The notes under the pieces: generated by a model | Seen by the model: only the letters and a program-made list of their open reading frames with translations | Told to the model about the DNA's origin: nothing | The model's database searches: none | Position numbers and translations under genes: made by a program | NCBI GenBank assembly: GCA_028023455.1 | Contig: JAQFVV010000005.1 | Location: 8,928,001 to 8,992,000 of the forward strand | DNA: 64,000 nt | Direction of reading: 5' to 3' | Source: Epiperipatus broadwayi | Taxonomy: Eukaryota; Animalia; Onychophora | In this document: in pieces, positions 26,701 through 38,835 of the stretch | How positions within the stretch are numbered: the stretch's first letter is position 1 | Layout of the letters: the number at the start of each line of letters is the position of its first letter

Positions 26701-27885
26701 TAATGATTAAAAAAGTATTAATTTAACACTGGTTTGCAATTTCACATGTATATTTTATTGAAAAAATGATTACAGAAATATATATAAAATATTAGTTTGT
26801 CATTTCATTTTCTTTTCCTTTTTACATATTTGCATATCAAATTTGTTAACCAACAATTTTCTAAGTTAGTAAAAAAAGTTTTTGTTATATCACTGTTAAT
26901 GCACACACATACACACAATCAGTAAAACAAATCTTAACAAACGAGAGGTCTGTGATGGCTGCTTTACAAGCAGTTGTCCCGGGTTAACGGGTTTGCTTTC
27001 CGGCTGATGCTATGACACATGAGAAAAAAAAACACCAACATACTTTTAGCATTATGATTGTTTAGTTATTTTTATATATGTAAATTAGGGTACTAGGTTA
27101 CATATAGCTTGCTGAGGGTTTACAACAACTCGCCTTTAATTTCATCTACATTCAGGCTATCACTATTAATATATTTATTGAATTTAGAATAATGATTCCA
27201 ACACAATTGAAATAAAATAATTACATATATAAAAATAAATATTTTCTTTATTATTGAACCAGTTTTCACCTTATATTAGGACTTTTTCAAAATACACTTT
27301 TCTAATGCAATGAACTGGTTCAATAATAAAGAAAATATTTATTTTTATATAGTTGTTTTATTTCAATTGTGTTGGAATCATTATTAATTATTTGAAAACA
27401 ACATTATGGACAAATTTATGTTTGTCCATTGTTAAGGTTTTATTGAATTTGTAATAAAATTTTTTGAATGAAAGAACTGATAAATACATATGATTCATGG
27501 AGGTTAAGATGGATAAATATAATGGTAGATGCAGAATTTAAAAGTGGAAAACCAAGAGTACTCATTGTTATGCCAACTGAAATAATAGATTTAGTGTAAT
27601 ACCCTAGTTTACCTATATAAAAATAACTAAACAATCATAATGCTAATTAGATTTGTTTTACTGATTGTGTATATGTGTGTGAATTAATATTGATATAACA
27701 AAAACTTTTTTTACTAACTAGAAAATTGTTGGTTAACTAATTTGGTAGGCAAATATGTAAAAAGGCAAAAAAAAAATGAAATGATGAACTAATATTGTGT
27801 ATATATTTCTGTAAACATTTTTTCAATGAAATATATATGTGAAATTGCAAACCAATGTTAAATTAATACTTTTTTAATCATTTCT
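26700..27885. repeat. Nested inverted repeats of a dispersed family (F4)
   Basis: 26700-26945 is inverted relative to 27648-27885, 27045-27110 to 27600-27650, and 27190-27265 to 27310-27385. Parts recur at 37040-37565 and 63530-63870. Confidence 0.75.
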
Positions 27886-29339
27886 GTAATCAATTAAACA
27901 ACATTGTCACTGCTTACACATTCAAAAGAAATACCTACAGACTTCACCTATATAATCAATTAGGTTGGCACATATAAAAATACACATATGATTGTGAGCT
28001 ACATAATTAATTAGTTTAGAATTTGCCACACAGAGGATTCAATTGCAATAATTTGTTTTTTGAAAAGCTCGATCTTAGAAATAAATAAGGCTGAAATTTT
28101 CAAGTCAGAAGAGTTTTGCTATTTATACAGCCAGTCCTCCAGTAGTCATTTGCTGTTAAGAAGATGCTTGGGCTTTTTTTTTTTTCAAACAAGAAAACAT
28201 CAGAAACAGAGTATCAACACACATAGTATTGAATATTTGATACATAGATTGCATTCATTTTAATCATATATGATGGCTATGGATTATTTAAAATTAATTT
28301 TTGATCCAATGGATTGCAAAGTAATTCATAGTCCTGTCACCTGGGCCAAACAGCTTTAAAATGAAAGTGTATTTTTCTGATATCCAGTCTGAAAAATAAG
28401 ACTGGCCTGAATTAATTTTTTAATATACATTGCTCAATTCTCTCTCTCACACTCACTCACTCTTTAGGAATTAACTATAACTTTGAAGGAAAAAAAAAAG
28501 GATTTTAAAATTGTAAGATTTATAAGTTTAACAACAAAACAAACTCCCATATAAAAAAAAAAAATATTTTTTTTTTAAAAAAACAAAAAACAAATCATAA
28601 TTTCTCCAGTTGAAGATTTTGTTTTTCTTAAAGTGGACTGACTATATGAATTATAAACTCTAATTTTTATAATTGTACCAAATGATAATGTACTCCCTTA
28701 AAAGTGACATTGCAAATTTAACAAATTTTAAAAATTGATTTTAAAAAAATAAAAATTTCATAATCACAGAATTATGGATTTATGTTTTTCACAATTTCAA
28801 AATAAGACTTGAAACTTTGCATTCACAAAAGTGAAAACTTTATGGATTTTGTAAACTGCTAGGTTCATATTTTAAAAGAAATATGATCAATGAACAATGG
28901 TTTCATGAACTGGAAATTTTATAACAATTATAAATTCATTCTTCAAATGGATCCTTACAAATCTTATTTTCCTATAAGAATGAAGTATGGATTAAGAACT
29001 AAAACACATAAACAGAGAAATAAATCATCAACAAGTAAAGAAAACAAAAGAAAAACAAGAATTACTTTGGTTTAATTTTTAGTTTACTACTATTAACCTG
29101 TACACAAATTAGTAAAAAAAAAAAAATTTATTCAATGATTATAAATAGCTAATGATTTGTATTTAATATAATCATATGTGGGTATAATATAATTGATCAG
29201 GCATGTGGGGTATAAACTGTAATGTCTATTGCAGTAGGATATCAAATGCCTTATCAAGGGATATATTACTTATATTAAAGTTATATAGGCTGATTAGCAT
29301 TCATAAGAAATGCTATAAATTGAATGAAAATTATTTTAA

Positions 29340-29900
29340 TTGAAGCTAAATGCTTTTGAGGGCATTGAATTTCTTCATAGTCATAAGTAGAACAGTGATT
29401 GTGATTGTATAGGGGTGTATGTATACAGAAAATAAATTTTGAAAATGCATGCAAATCAGAATCCGTTTCTTAGAAATAGTGAAGCGGGATTTTTTTTGGG
29501 TAATGGCATAATAGTTGCTAGCTATATGCCAGGTTTCTTTAACCTTCCACTTAGATGTTTCATTTGATACATGCTATGGCAGCAGATGTGGGCTCAAATG
29601 TGCGGTCTGTGACATTTTGATGTTCAAAGAAAATTGAGTTATGCTCAGGATTATCCATGGCTCATCTATAAAGACATAAGATGTTGAGAAATCTTATAGC
29701 ATTGCACCTCCTTGAGGGCAAGTAATTTTTTATATGATTTATACGAATTTTGATCTGTGTTGAGTCTGTTCTTGTAATTATTTATTAATATGTTACTGAA
29801 GGAGGAGTATGGTAGCTTACTCGAGTGTTTATGAGACAGCTTTGTTAATGTTTTTGACTATCCAAGAGATATATGACACTAGTATCCAGAATCAGTCATC
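29340..29900 (-). mobile_element. Degenerate P1 PLE 3' fragment
   Basis: Minus strand reads NPEHNSIFFEHQNVTDRTFEP...KVKETWHIASNLYAITQKKSRFTISKKR, followed by a decayed hammerhead ATGACTA T gaag...cctc AAAAGCATT T agc at about 29343-29390. Confidence 0.7.
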
Positions 29901-30029
29901 TTTGGGGAGGTTTAATTTGTTTGCAATTTCACATATATATAATATTCTTCTTTGAAAAAATGATTACAGGAATATCTGCAAAATTGGTCTGTACTGAGCG
30001 ACTTGATGTTAGGCAAAAAGTTAAGCATA

Positions 30030-30290
30030 CTTTATAGCAGAGGACTCTTTCACCATTAATCGTAAGGATGCATGTTTTGTGATATCTAAAAGATGGTCTT
30101 AGTGACTCATTTGCATATCAGATTTATTTATATAATGATTTCAAAGAAAGGATCATAACTGGCTATGAATATGAGAAGTACATCTTCTTGAAAGCGCTCA
30201 GCCATTTAATTTAATTTTCAATTTGTTGTTATAGCTTTACATTAGAAGTGTGAAAGCACGATTTAATAGTATTATATATATAAAATATTA
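30030..30290 (+). mobile_element. P1 PLE 3' end
   Basis: AEDSFTINRKDACFVISKRWS* followed by a tail homologous to 63290-63480. Confidence 0.8.
30160..30204 (+). ncRNA. Minimal type I hammerhead, A3-U8 variant (P1)
   Basis: tggct ATGAATA T gagaag-tacat-cttctt GAA AGCGCT C agcca. Confidence 0.8.
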
Positions 30291-30345
30291 ATTTCTCACC
30301 CTCTGCCTAACCTGAAGTTATTGCAAACCCCTAATAAGTTACATA

Positions 30346-30580
30346 TTTTAATAGGCGACCTCAGTATTAATTACAATATTTGTTCAAAATAGATTTATTT
30401 AAAAATGGATACGTGGACCACACAGTATAGTGAATATAAGCTATGGCTGGTTAGTCACCATAACACCTGTAGGCAATATTTGAACACTGTCTACCGAATT
30501 GAATTTAAATATGATTCACTTTTCTTTAAGAAATTTTATAAGTAGAACATATTTAATGTGTATATCCTATATAAGGATGC
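30346..30580 (-). repeat. 3' LTR (recognisable part)
   Basis: Aligns by eye with 35091-35316. Confidence 0.8.
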
Positions 30581-30699
30581 TTCCTATTTTGACTTCTTTT
30601 CATAAGAATCTGGTAAGTTTGATCTCTATCAGCTTCTACATCTATCAGGGACTCTCACCCCTGGCAAGGGGTTTTTTAGTAGTCTAAGGACATTTTCCT

Positions 30700-31270
30700 A
30701 AATGCAGCCCGGTCAATTCATTGACTGATCAATTGATATAATTAGTAATCTGTGGAACTTGCTTTACCCAACCTCGATGGTTCATTGGAAGATAGGTTCT
30801 AAACAGCTGACCTAATTCTCGCATGGCCCTCTCACATGGGTTTGACTGCGGATTACAGATGGACATCAACACATACTTTATTTACTGTCATTGTACCCAT
30901 CTATGCCATTCCCCTGATACAAATGGAATACTGTGATCTGATAGTAGAGCTTTTGCTTTTCTCACCCCACAGTGGAGAAATGTCTGGGGTATCAGGTGCG
31001 TGGCTACAAATTTCGAAAATAGATCATATACCATGATGAGATGGACCATAGTAATCCAGGGCCATCATTTCCTGAGGCTTTGTTGAAACTATCGAAGTCA
31101 TAGGCATTACATAACTCCTATTAGCTGGCTTTGCCCTTTGGCTATCTCACCCTGGCCTACCATGGTTTAAATTTTACTGTGCATTCCGGGTCAATAAAAT
31201 CAGTCCTGGAGCAAGTGCTCAGTTTTGGGCATGCCATAATGACCATAGAGTTGGTATATGTGGGTGATAA
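30700..31270 (-). pseudogene. pol: Gypsy integrase relic
   Basis: HIYQLYGHYGMPKT...KPQEMMALDYYGP; frameshifted. Confidence 0.8.
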
Positions 31271-31579
31271 CAGCGTTCCTCATCTGATGTGGTAAGACAG
31301 GCTTCCACTCCTCTTGTTCCTCATGAATTTTGTACTGTAAAATTTATTGTCTCATTCAGTAGCATTTTGCCTTGTTCCCCTCCCATCCTAAGTCTGTTGT
31401 TCCCTTTTCCTATAGCTGCTCAATCAATGTCCTCAGTTGTCCATCTTCCCATTGGCAATGGGGTAGTTGGGCAGGTTTTGTTCCACTGCTTTTTTTATCC
31501 TCAGGTTCAAACTGGCAATATACAGGTTCTCTCCATTCAAATGCATAGTTGGGATCAAGCAGGGTTATGATTCAAATAT

Positions 31580-31940
31580 GTCAGGCACTATGTTCTCTGA
31601 CCCTTTGCAATATTTTATGGAGTAATTATATTCTTGGAGATATAGACTCCAGCAAATCAGACAACTATTGGTCAAGTAGCTGTGATGGGAGTGTTTTTAT
31701 GGTCAGTAATGACAACCATTTTTGATCCTAGCTAGTGTCCTGAACTTCTGGAATGCCAAGACTATTGCGAGGCCTTCCTCTTCAGTAGTGGTATAGTGAA
31801 ACTCAGGTCCCTTAAGCAATTGGCTTATAAAGTACAGTACCCTCACCTGATCATTATCCTGCATCTTAGATAGTGTGACCCATAGCCCATACCCATTGCT
31901 GTTTATTTGTACTCTGAATGGCTTCTTGAAATTAGGGGGA
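31580..31940 (-). pseudogene. pol: Gypsy RNase H relic
   Basis: PNFKKPFRVQ...HYTTTEEEGLAIVLAFQKFR...TDHK...WSLYLQEYNYSIKYCKGSENIVPD. Confidence 0.85.
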
Positions 31941-31969
31941 CAATATAACTTGTTTCTTGAAACCCCTCT

Positions 31970-32900
31970 TTATTTCCTCAAAGCCTTTCTTTTGTTCTTG
32001 AGCTCATTTCCAGAGGACATTCTTACCAACCTGACCAAATGCTCTATCTGTTCTGCAAACCCCTCATAGAACCTGTTATAAAAATTGCAGAGGCCTAGGA
32101 ATGATCGAATTTGCTTCCGAGACTTACATTTAGGGAATTCTCTAATGGCTAAGATTTTGTCTGGGTGGGGTTTTATCCCTTGGGCACCCACCACATAGGC
32201 CCAAAAATGTGACTTCATTCTTACACAACATGCTTTTTTTAAAAATTAACCTTAATTCCCTTTAGGCATTCTTTGAAAAATAGCTCTAATCCTTAAATGT
32301 TCCTCGATGGTTGCCGATGCCACTAATATGTCATTTATGTACATTGTGACCCTTTTTTGGATAATACTTGGTTCAAACATCTCAACAATCCAGCACCACT
32401 GTTTATTAGGCCGAATGGCATGCAATTAAACTGATAAGAATAACCATCATGTCTAAAGGTGGTGTATTTCCAGTCTTCAGGATAGAGTTGGATTTGCCAG
32501 TAACTGGCGGTTAAGTCAAAAGTTGAAAATATTTTCTTTCCTTTAAATCTCCCTAACAGTTCCTGCATATGTGGTGGGATATTACAATCTGGGATTATCA
32601 TGTCCAAATACAGCCTGACTACTTATCTTTTTTTACTACCACCAATGTATTACAATATGGGGAGGAACACTTCTAAATAATTCCCCACTCTACCATTTGG
32701 TCGAATTGTTGCTTAATGTTGTCCCAGTATTGATGTGGAACTGGGTAAGACCTAGACTGGAATAGCTGATCCTGATTTATCTTAATCCTTTGTTCAAACC
32801 CTTTGTTTACACTGGGTACATCTGAAAAATGTGGCCATACTTTTCCAATACTTTCCACAGTGCACACTCCTCTTCTCCATTGGCCACTTTTGCCTACTGA
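31970..32900 (-). pseudogene. pol: Gypsy reverse transcriptase relic
   Basis: YPVPHQYW; KKIFSTFDLTASYWQIQL...YQFNCMPFGLINS; GIKPHPDKI.AI.EFP...KQIRSFLGLCNFYNRF. Confidence 0.9.
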
Positions 32901-33060
32901 ATCTTTTCTGCTATCACCCTGTCCACTAGGTCTTTCTCGATGTTTATGACTCCTATTGAATGGTATAGGTCTGGCTCCAGGAATTTAATTATTTCTCCTT
33001 TGCATGTGACTTTGCTTTTCGTAGTCCAGAACACATTTGTATTTGGTAGGAAATCAGATC

Positions 33061-33336
33061 CTAATATGGCCTTTGTATCAGATTCTTCATAATAAGGAAT
33101 ATATGAGTGAAAGGTTTCCCATTAATCTGTAAGTCCACCCATATCTGCTTGGGTCCTAACTTGGCCCTCTTATTCACCATTGTTACTTGGGTGGCCTTCA
33201 ATGGAAGGGATCTTATGTAAGACTGTTTCCTCACCAGTTTATTATATAGTATTTCTGATATGATGGAAATTTGACTAATCGAATCTATGAGGGTTTTTAT
33301 TTCTATTTGATCAATTAATACCAAATCTTTGGGCAC
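33061..33336 (-). pseudogene. pol: Gypsy aspartic protease relic
   Basis: TLIDSISQISIISE, a degenerate D-S-G motif. Confidence 0.75.
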
Positions 33337-33659
33337 CCCTGTTTAGCATAGCATGGGACCCTGTTTTTCTATGAACACACTAAATTCCCAAGTGTTTTAT
33401 TTTCCCCTGGTGTACCAATTCTCCATTTTCCTCTGCTATATAAGTTTGACATTTGTTCACAAATTTTCTGTCTCCAATCCCCGCATTTTTCATCTATCTC
33501 CATTTGACATTAATATTTTGTTAGTTTCTTTAGCTGGCCTACTACTTCTAATTCGCGCTAAGCATCTTATTTCTAATGGCAAATTTTGGCATACTGTTCT
33601 TTCAATCTGATTTTCCAATGGTTGACACCTCTATTGATTTTAGCATGACCACTTATTGA

Positions 33660-34472
33660 CTGAAAAACTACATAACTTTCCTTACCATTCACCGGAAACT
33701 TCTGTCTGAAGATTTGCAGCTTAATTCTTCAACCGTCTCTTTCGAGGCTCCTCGTCGACATCTGACATCACTCTAACTCTGCTAGTTCTTATGCTAGAAT
33801 ATTCGTTTGACAGGTATTGATTAGGTTTTTAAAAGTTCTATAAGATGGTGCCCTCTTTCGAATTATTTTACAAGTAAAAAATCAAAAAAACCGCATTTAA
33901 ACCTAAACAAAGAAAGAACATTATCAGTGATTGGTTATCAGTGAGTTCTCAGCCGAAAAAGACATTCTGATTGGCTGGAATGAACAAAGAAACCGCCTAA
34001 TCAAAGAAAATAAAGAAATACGCTGAGATTTTCATTTCGAATGCAATTTTAAGTATTAAAAAAATATAATTTAAGAAATTAAACTAGTTTTTTAAAAAAT
34101 AAAAAAACAAAATTATTTTCGAAAAATATTTAAGATTTAGCAAAAAGAAATCTTTACTTTTCCAGAACATAACATTGAAAAAAAGCGTTTGCGTCACCAC
34201 TTTTTTGTTTAGACATTCGCTTTATATTTGCCGAAATTGAATATATTTTATAATAAATAAATAACAATTTATTTTTGAAAGAACTTTCATTCTCTTTCAA
34301 TACCCTGAAAAATTAGTAATATACTTTTTATAAACATATCTGAGTTGAATTTAATATTATAGGTGAATATGTTTTAACAATAGGCTTTGTCTTCAGTTTG
34401 TGAGTTGGCCAATTAAAAGATTTGATTTTTACCTCATACAACCAATAATATAATTAGCGGTTTAAGGGTTAA
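33660..34472 (-). mobile_element. piggyBac-like 5' end nested in the Gypsy gag region
   Basis: Minus strand begins TTAA-CCCT at 34472; the segment retains CpGs; a short acidic start reads MSDVDEEPRKRR. The other terminus was not found. Confidence 0.45.
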
Positions 34473-35090
34473 TATTCTGCTGTTCCTCTGTCCAAAACAT
34501 CTTCAAGGCAGTTTTATTCTCCTGGAATGTGCAGGGTTAATGTAAGATCAATCCCATGTTTTGGCATGCCCTTAAAGGTGGATATGTGCTATGATTATTT
34601 TGCATTTTTCCAGCATTCCATATCTCCTAAAAGTATTTTTGTAAACTGCTGATGGCTTCTCTCCCTTCTGTTCTCTGAACATCTATATTTCCATCCCCTC
34701 TATTTCCTGTAATTTTTCTATCATATTTGTCATGACTTCCTCTCTCTTGCTTTATGTTTGCTGTTCTGGTCTATTTTGTTTTCCTTTTTGTGAATGGGTT
34801 TTCATTTATTTCTATTCTGAGTAAAACAAACTTTTATTTCTGAGTGAAATAATAACAAAATTTATCTTTTTACTTTTCTCTATATAACATGCTGGGCTCA
34901 CCACCACAGCTCACAAAGTACTATGCTGACTGTCACCTGCCCTAATGTTGAACATCTAATCCTCACATCTATTTTCTTTCCTATCTGGTGCTTTATTCTT
35001 CAGTGCAATAGTAATGAGACAAAACAATTTTAAAAAAATAAAATTTATTATCAACCTGCTGTATTTTGCAGCCCCATATTGGGCACCATT

Positions 35091-35316
35091 TTAACAGGTG
35101 ACCCCAGTATTAATTACAATATCTGTTCAAAATAGATCTATTTAAAATGGAAATGTGGACCACATGAGATAGTGAATATAAACTGTAGCTATTTAGTCCC
35201 ATAACACCTATAGGCAGTATTTGAACACTCATTGAATTTAAATATGATGCAGTTTTCTTTAAGAAATTTTATAAGTAGACCTTATATCTAATGCATATAT
35301 CCTATATAAAGATGCT
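35091..35316 (-). repeat. 5' LTR (recognisable part)
   Basis: Directly adjacent to the Lys PBS; aligns with 30346-30580. Confidence 0.8.
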
Positions 35317-37039
35317 AGTTAGGAATTTTTCGTGGAGACATCATTCCATCAGTACAACAAACAAAAAAAAATCTTCCGGAAAAAGTATATTTATGAGCAT
35401 CAGGTAGCAACTGATCTCAAGAGCTAATCTCACTAATGGAGCAAGAATTATACTTTCCCTACACCTATCGGATGAATGGAAGTATATGGTGAAGTTTTCA
35501 TATTCAAATGATCCATCTCTTTTTTATCTCTCTCCCACTAGATTGCTTATAGTTTAAAATTAGCTGCTTTGAATTCTTCTCTTTTGAGCATTCATTCCAT
35601 TAATTAGCAATAAATTTTTTCATCGAACTTAAGGTTCAAGTTTAAATCATATTTAATATATGTGCTTATTCGTATAGTGCATATTTAACTAGTTTTGCGA
35701 GATATATTGGCAGGAAAGAAATAGGCAAGTATAAATGATAAATCTATTCATAAATGTTCGGTAAATAATTATGGTTCCAGAATAAGTACCCAATTTTATT
35801 TTTTATTTTATTAAATTAAATATTCATTAATGAGAAAAAATTCATACATCTAAATCTAACACTAAGAGAAAAAAAATTACTAAATATAATAGATAATATA
35901 AATGTGGAGTAGAATGTCAGAGAATACAGTTATACAATATAGTTTGATCAATATTTTAACAGAGAATAAGCATTTTTGAGGGTAACGATATGCAGTTCTT
36001 AGTTCATTTGATGCAAATAAAATTATATCTACCTTCGGGAACCCAGGATTTTGATAAAGATAAGTTTGCTTTCATGTAAGCTTACCTCTTTCCAAGTTAG
36101 AGATCCAAAAAGAAGACATATATATATATTGTTGGAGAAGGAAAATGTCTGCTATTGGGATAATAAGTCCAGAACGAGCATCTATTTAATGGCATTAACT
36201 GGAAACCAAGAATAATGATGATGACAATTAACCAATATTTTAATGAAGTTTGATTAGCCTCTGAGGTTTAGCATTTTTCTTTTCCTATCTGGGTTATTTT
36301 GAGCAGTGGATTTGTAAGGTCCTTGAGGTTCTCATTTGGGCAGGCAGCGAGCAGAAACAGCTATCTACTTAGAGCATGGGATGATAGCCCTACACATATC
36401 TGGTTTTCACCCCAACATTAAGATTGTAAACATTTTATAAGTTGATAGCAAAAAACACATTTTCTCCGTGACTTGATTCCTTCAGCGAATTTCAGTACTT
36501 CATAAGAATAATGAGAGCATAGCTGTACAAATTAATACATGAAAAATATGAATATAACTTTTCTTTCCCAAAATATCTCCTGTTTTCTACGGCTTCGACT
36601 TTTTAATTTATTAATAATTTTTTTATTTTTCTTGATCTCTCAAATCAGTTTATCACCATTTCTCTCATTTTCTCTTTCTCTTGAATGCTTTTATCATATT
36701 TTGGTTCCTTTGTTTATGGTACATTACAATTATGATTTCTTGGAATTTAGAGAAGCTAAGTATATAACAAAGAATTGCCGAGAGGTATATATAGCAAAGT
36801 CTTTTCGTTACCCTCTTTATAACAGATATGATAAAACAAAAATGTACATTTAAAACAAGTAATAATAAAAAAATAATAATTTGCATATAACTATCTCTCA
36901 ATTACAAAAACAAATAGTTCTTTTTTTTAAATCTATTTCTCTGCCAATTTATATCACTCCTCATTTGTACTAGTCGAATATATTGAAGCCAATTTATATG
37001 AAATACAATTCTCCAGGGCAGTAGGTGGATACTATTTAA

Positions 37040-37565
37040 TTCTCTTGTAACAGGGTTTAAACCTGGCTACTGTTACAATATAAACTAATATAAATCCATA
37101 AATAAATGAAAAAGTGCAGAATGAGCTCACCTGTACTTTAGTTCGGTTCATCTTTAAGAATTCAGTTTATTGGCATGTTACAATGCAGAGTTAATATATA
37201 GAATTCATGTTCTGCATTGTAACAAATCAGTAAATTGAATACTTAAATACAATCTGATCTAATGTGCAGCTGGCTTATTTTGTATTTTTTAATATATTGA
37301 TGGATTTGTATTAGTTTACATATAGCTTGTTGGGGGTTTACAACAACTTTCCTTTAATTTCATCTACATTTGTGCTACCACTATAATATTGCCATTGAAT
37401 TTGTAATAAAATGTTTGATGAAAGAGAATTCATAAATGCATATAATTCATGGAGTTTAAGATGGATAAAACAATATTAGATGCAGAATTGAAAATTACAT
37501 TAGGTAGATTTAAGAGGAAAATCAAGAGTACTAACTGCTATGCTGGCTGAAATAATAGATGTAGG
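37040..37565. repeat. F4 dispersed repeat with internal inversions
   Basis: Shares GAATGAGCTCACCTG... and ...CAAGAGTACT...CTGAAATAATAGAT with 63530-63870 and 27400-27650. Confidence 0.7.
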
Positions 37566-37639
37566 AAGATGCACAAAGTTAGTTAAAACATTTTATTAAA
37601 ATTATATATAATAATAATTTCATAAGAATCCAAAGTGTA

Positions 37640-38500
37640 AAAATTAGATTATTACATAATTGAAAGGGTGTAGATATTAAGTTATTAACTGGCTTTATGT
37701 CAGTAGTGATAGCTTTGATAATAAACATTTTTATACATATCTTAATTAAAATCTTTGGACAGATTCTGAGTGGATATTTTCAGGAAAATCAATAGGAGAC
37801 AATTTATTGATTATTATTCAGTTGTTTGAAAGATATAAAGATTGTAAACTATTATTACATGTTTAGATATAAAAATGGTTTATGATTAGGTGGATAGGAA
37901 TAGACTAGTTTGTAAAGAAATCTTGAAAAAGTGGTAATAGACTGGGAAGTTAAGAATAACTTTTTACAAAGATAATTTTTTTGTAAATATCAATTGAAAG
38001 GTATATAATTGCTGAAAGCCAAATGAGAAATTGGATTAAATTGTGAATATTTATTATGGTTTTTATTATTTATTTTGTTTCTAAGAGAATTTGATGTGGT
38101 AGAAAGATTGTTGACAGACTCCATAGCATAAATCAGAATAGCTAAGCTGCTTCTGTTTTTCTGATGATATAATTGTTGGATTTTTTTTTTGTAGATAGTG
38201 TTAAAATATTAGAAAAATATAAATAAGTATAATAGTTAAATTCACTGAAGAAAAAATTAAATATTTAAGGAGAAAGATAAAATGAAATGATGGATAATAA
38301 AAAATATTTGTGTCGAATAAGTGAGGTTAGATATTTTGTTAATTGGGAAAATATATTGTAGATACATTTGGAATGCAGAGTTGAGGAAGAAAAACAAAAA
38401 ATAGAATGGAATTAATTACAAATGATAATGATTTTACATTTAAGGCAATTCTGGAAATATTTCACTGGATTTATTAGTGGACTTATACTGTAATTTGAAA
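37640..38500 (+). pseudogene. Degenerate LINE RT relic
   Basis: KSIGDNLLIIIQLFERYK...TCLDIKMVYD*VDRNRL. Confidence 0.55.
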
Positions 38501-38639
38501 ATTCTTACATAATATGTAAGTTCTTTTTTAAATTGTAAATGTTAAATTCAACTGAGCTCTATATGAATCTGTTAAAACAGGATTTGCTTTTACACATGAA
38601 TTTTGTGATATGTATGTAAAGATTTTGAAACTGTATGCT

Positions 38640-38835
38640 TTACTAAAGGTTTTTGATGATAATATTTTAATGGTATTTATATGTTGGATTATTTCCATTA
38701 TGTAATATTAAGAATTGAAGCCCACAGGTATAACAGATGAATGTAATTGGAAAATTTAAATAATGCTAAATTTTTATTAAGACATTAATACTTAATTTTA
38801 AATGGTGGAAGTAGTCCAATGTATAAAAACAAATG
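38640..38835. mobile_element. P2 tail remnants in inverted orientation
   Basis: Homologous to 24277-24350 (-) and 24640-24737 (+). Confidence 0.65.

Larger units (their letters stand above)
18430..26720 (+). repeat. Old direct duplication, copy A (paralog of 56790-61830)
   Basis: Collinear similarity: 18430-19460 with 56790-58550, 20590-25000 with 58550-61510, and 26490-26720 with 61610-61830. The two copies carry different younger insertions. Confidence 0.8.
30346..35316 (-). mobile_element. Decayed full-length Ty3/Gypsy LTR retrotransposon with tRNA-Lys PBS
   Basis: Direct repeats at 30346-~30580 and 35091-~35316. PBS TGGTGCCCAATATGGGGC (reverse complement of about 35073-35090). Domain order PR-RT-RH-IN on the minus strand. 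Confidence 0.9.
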
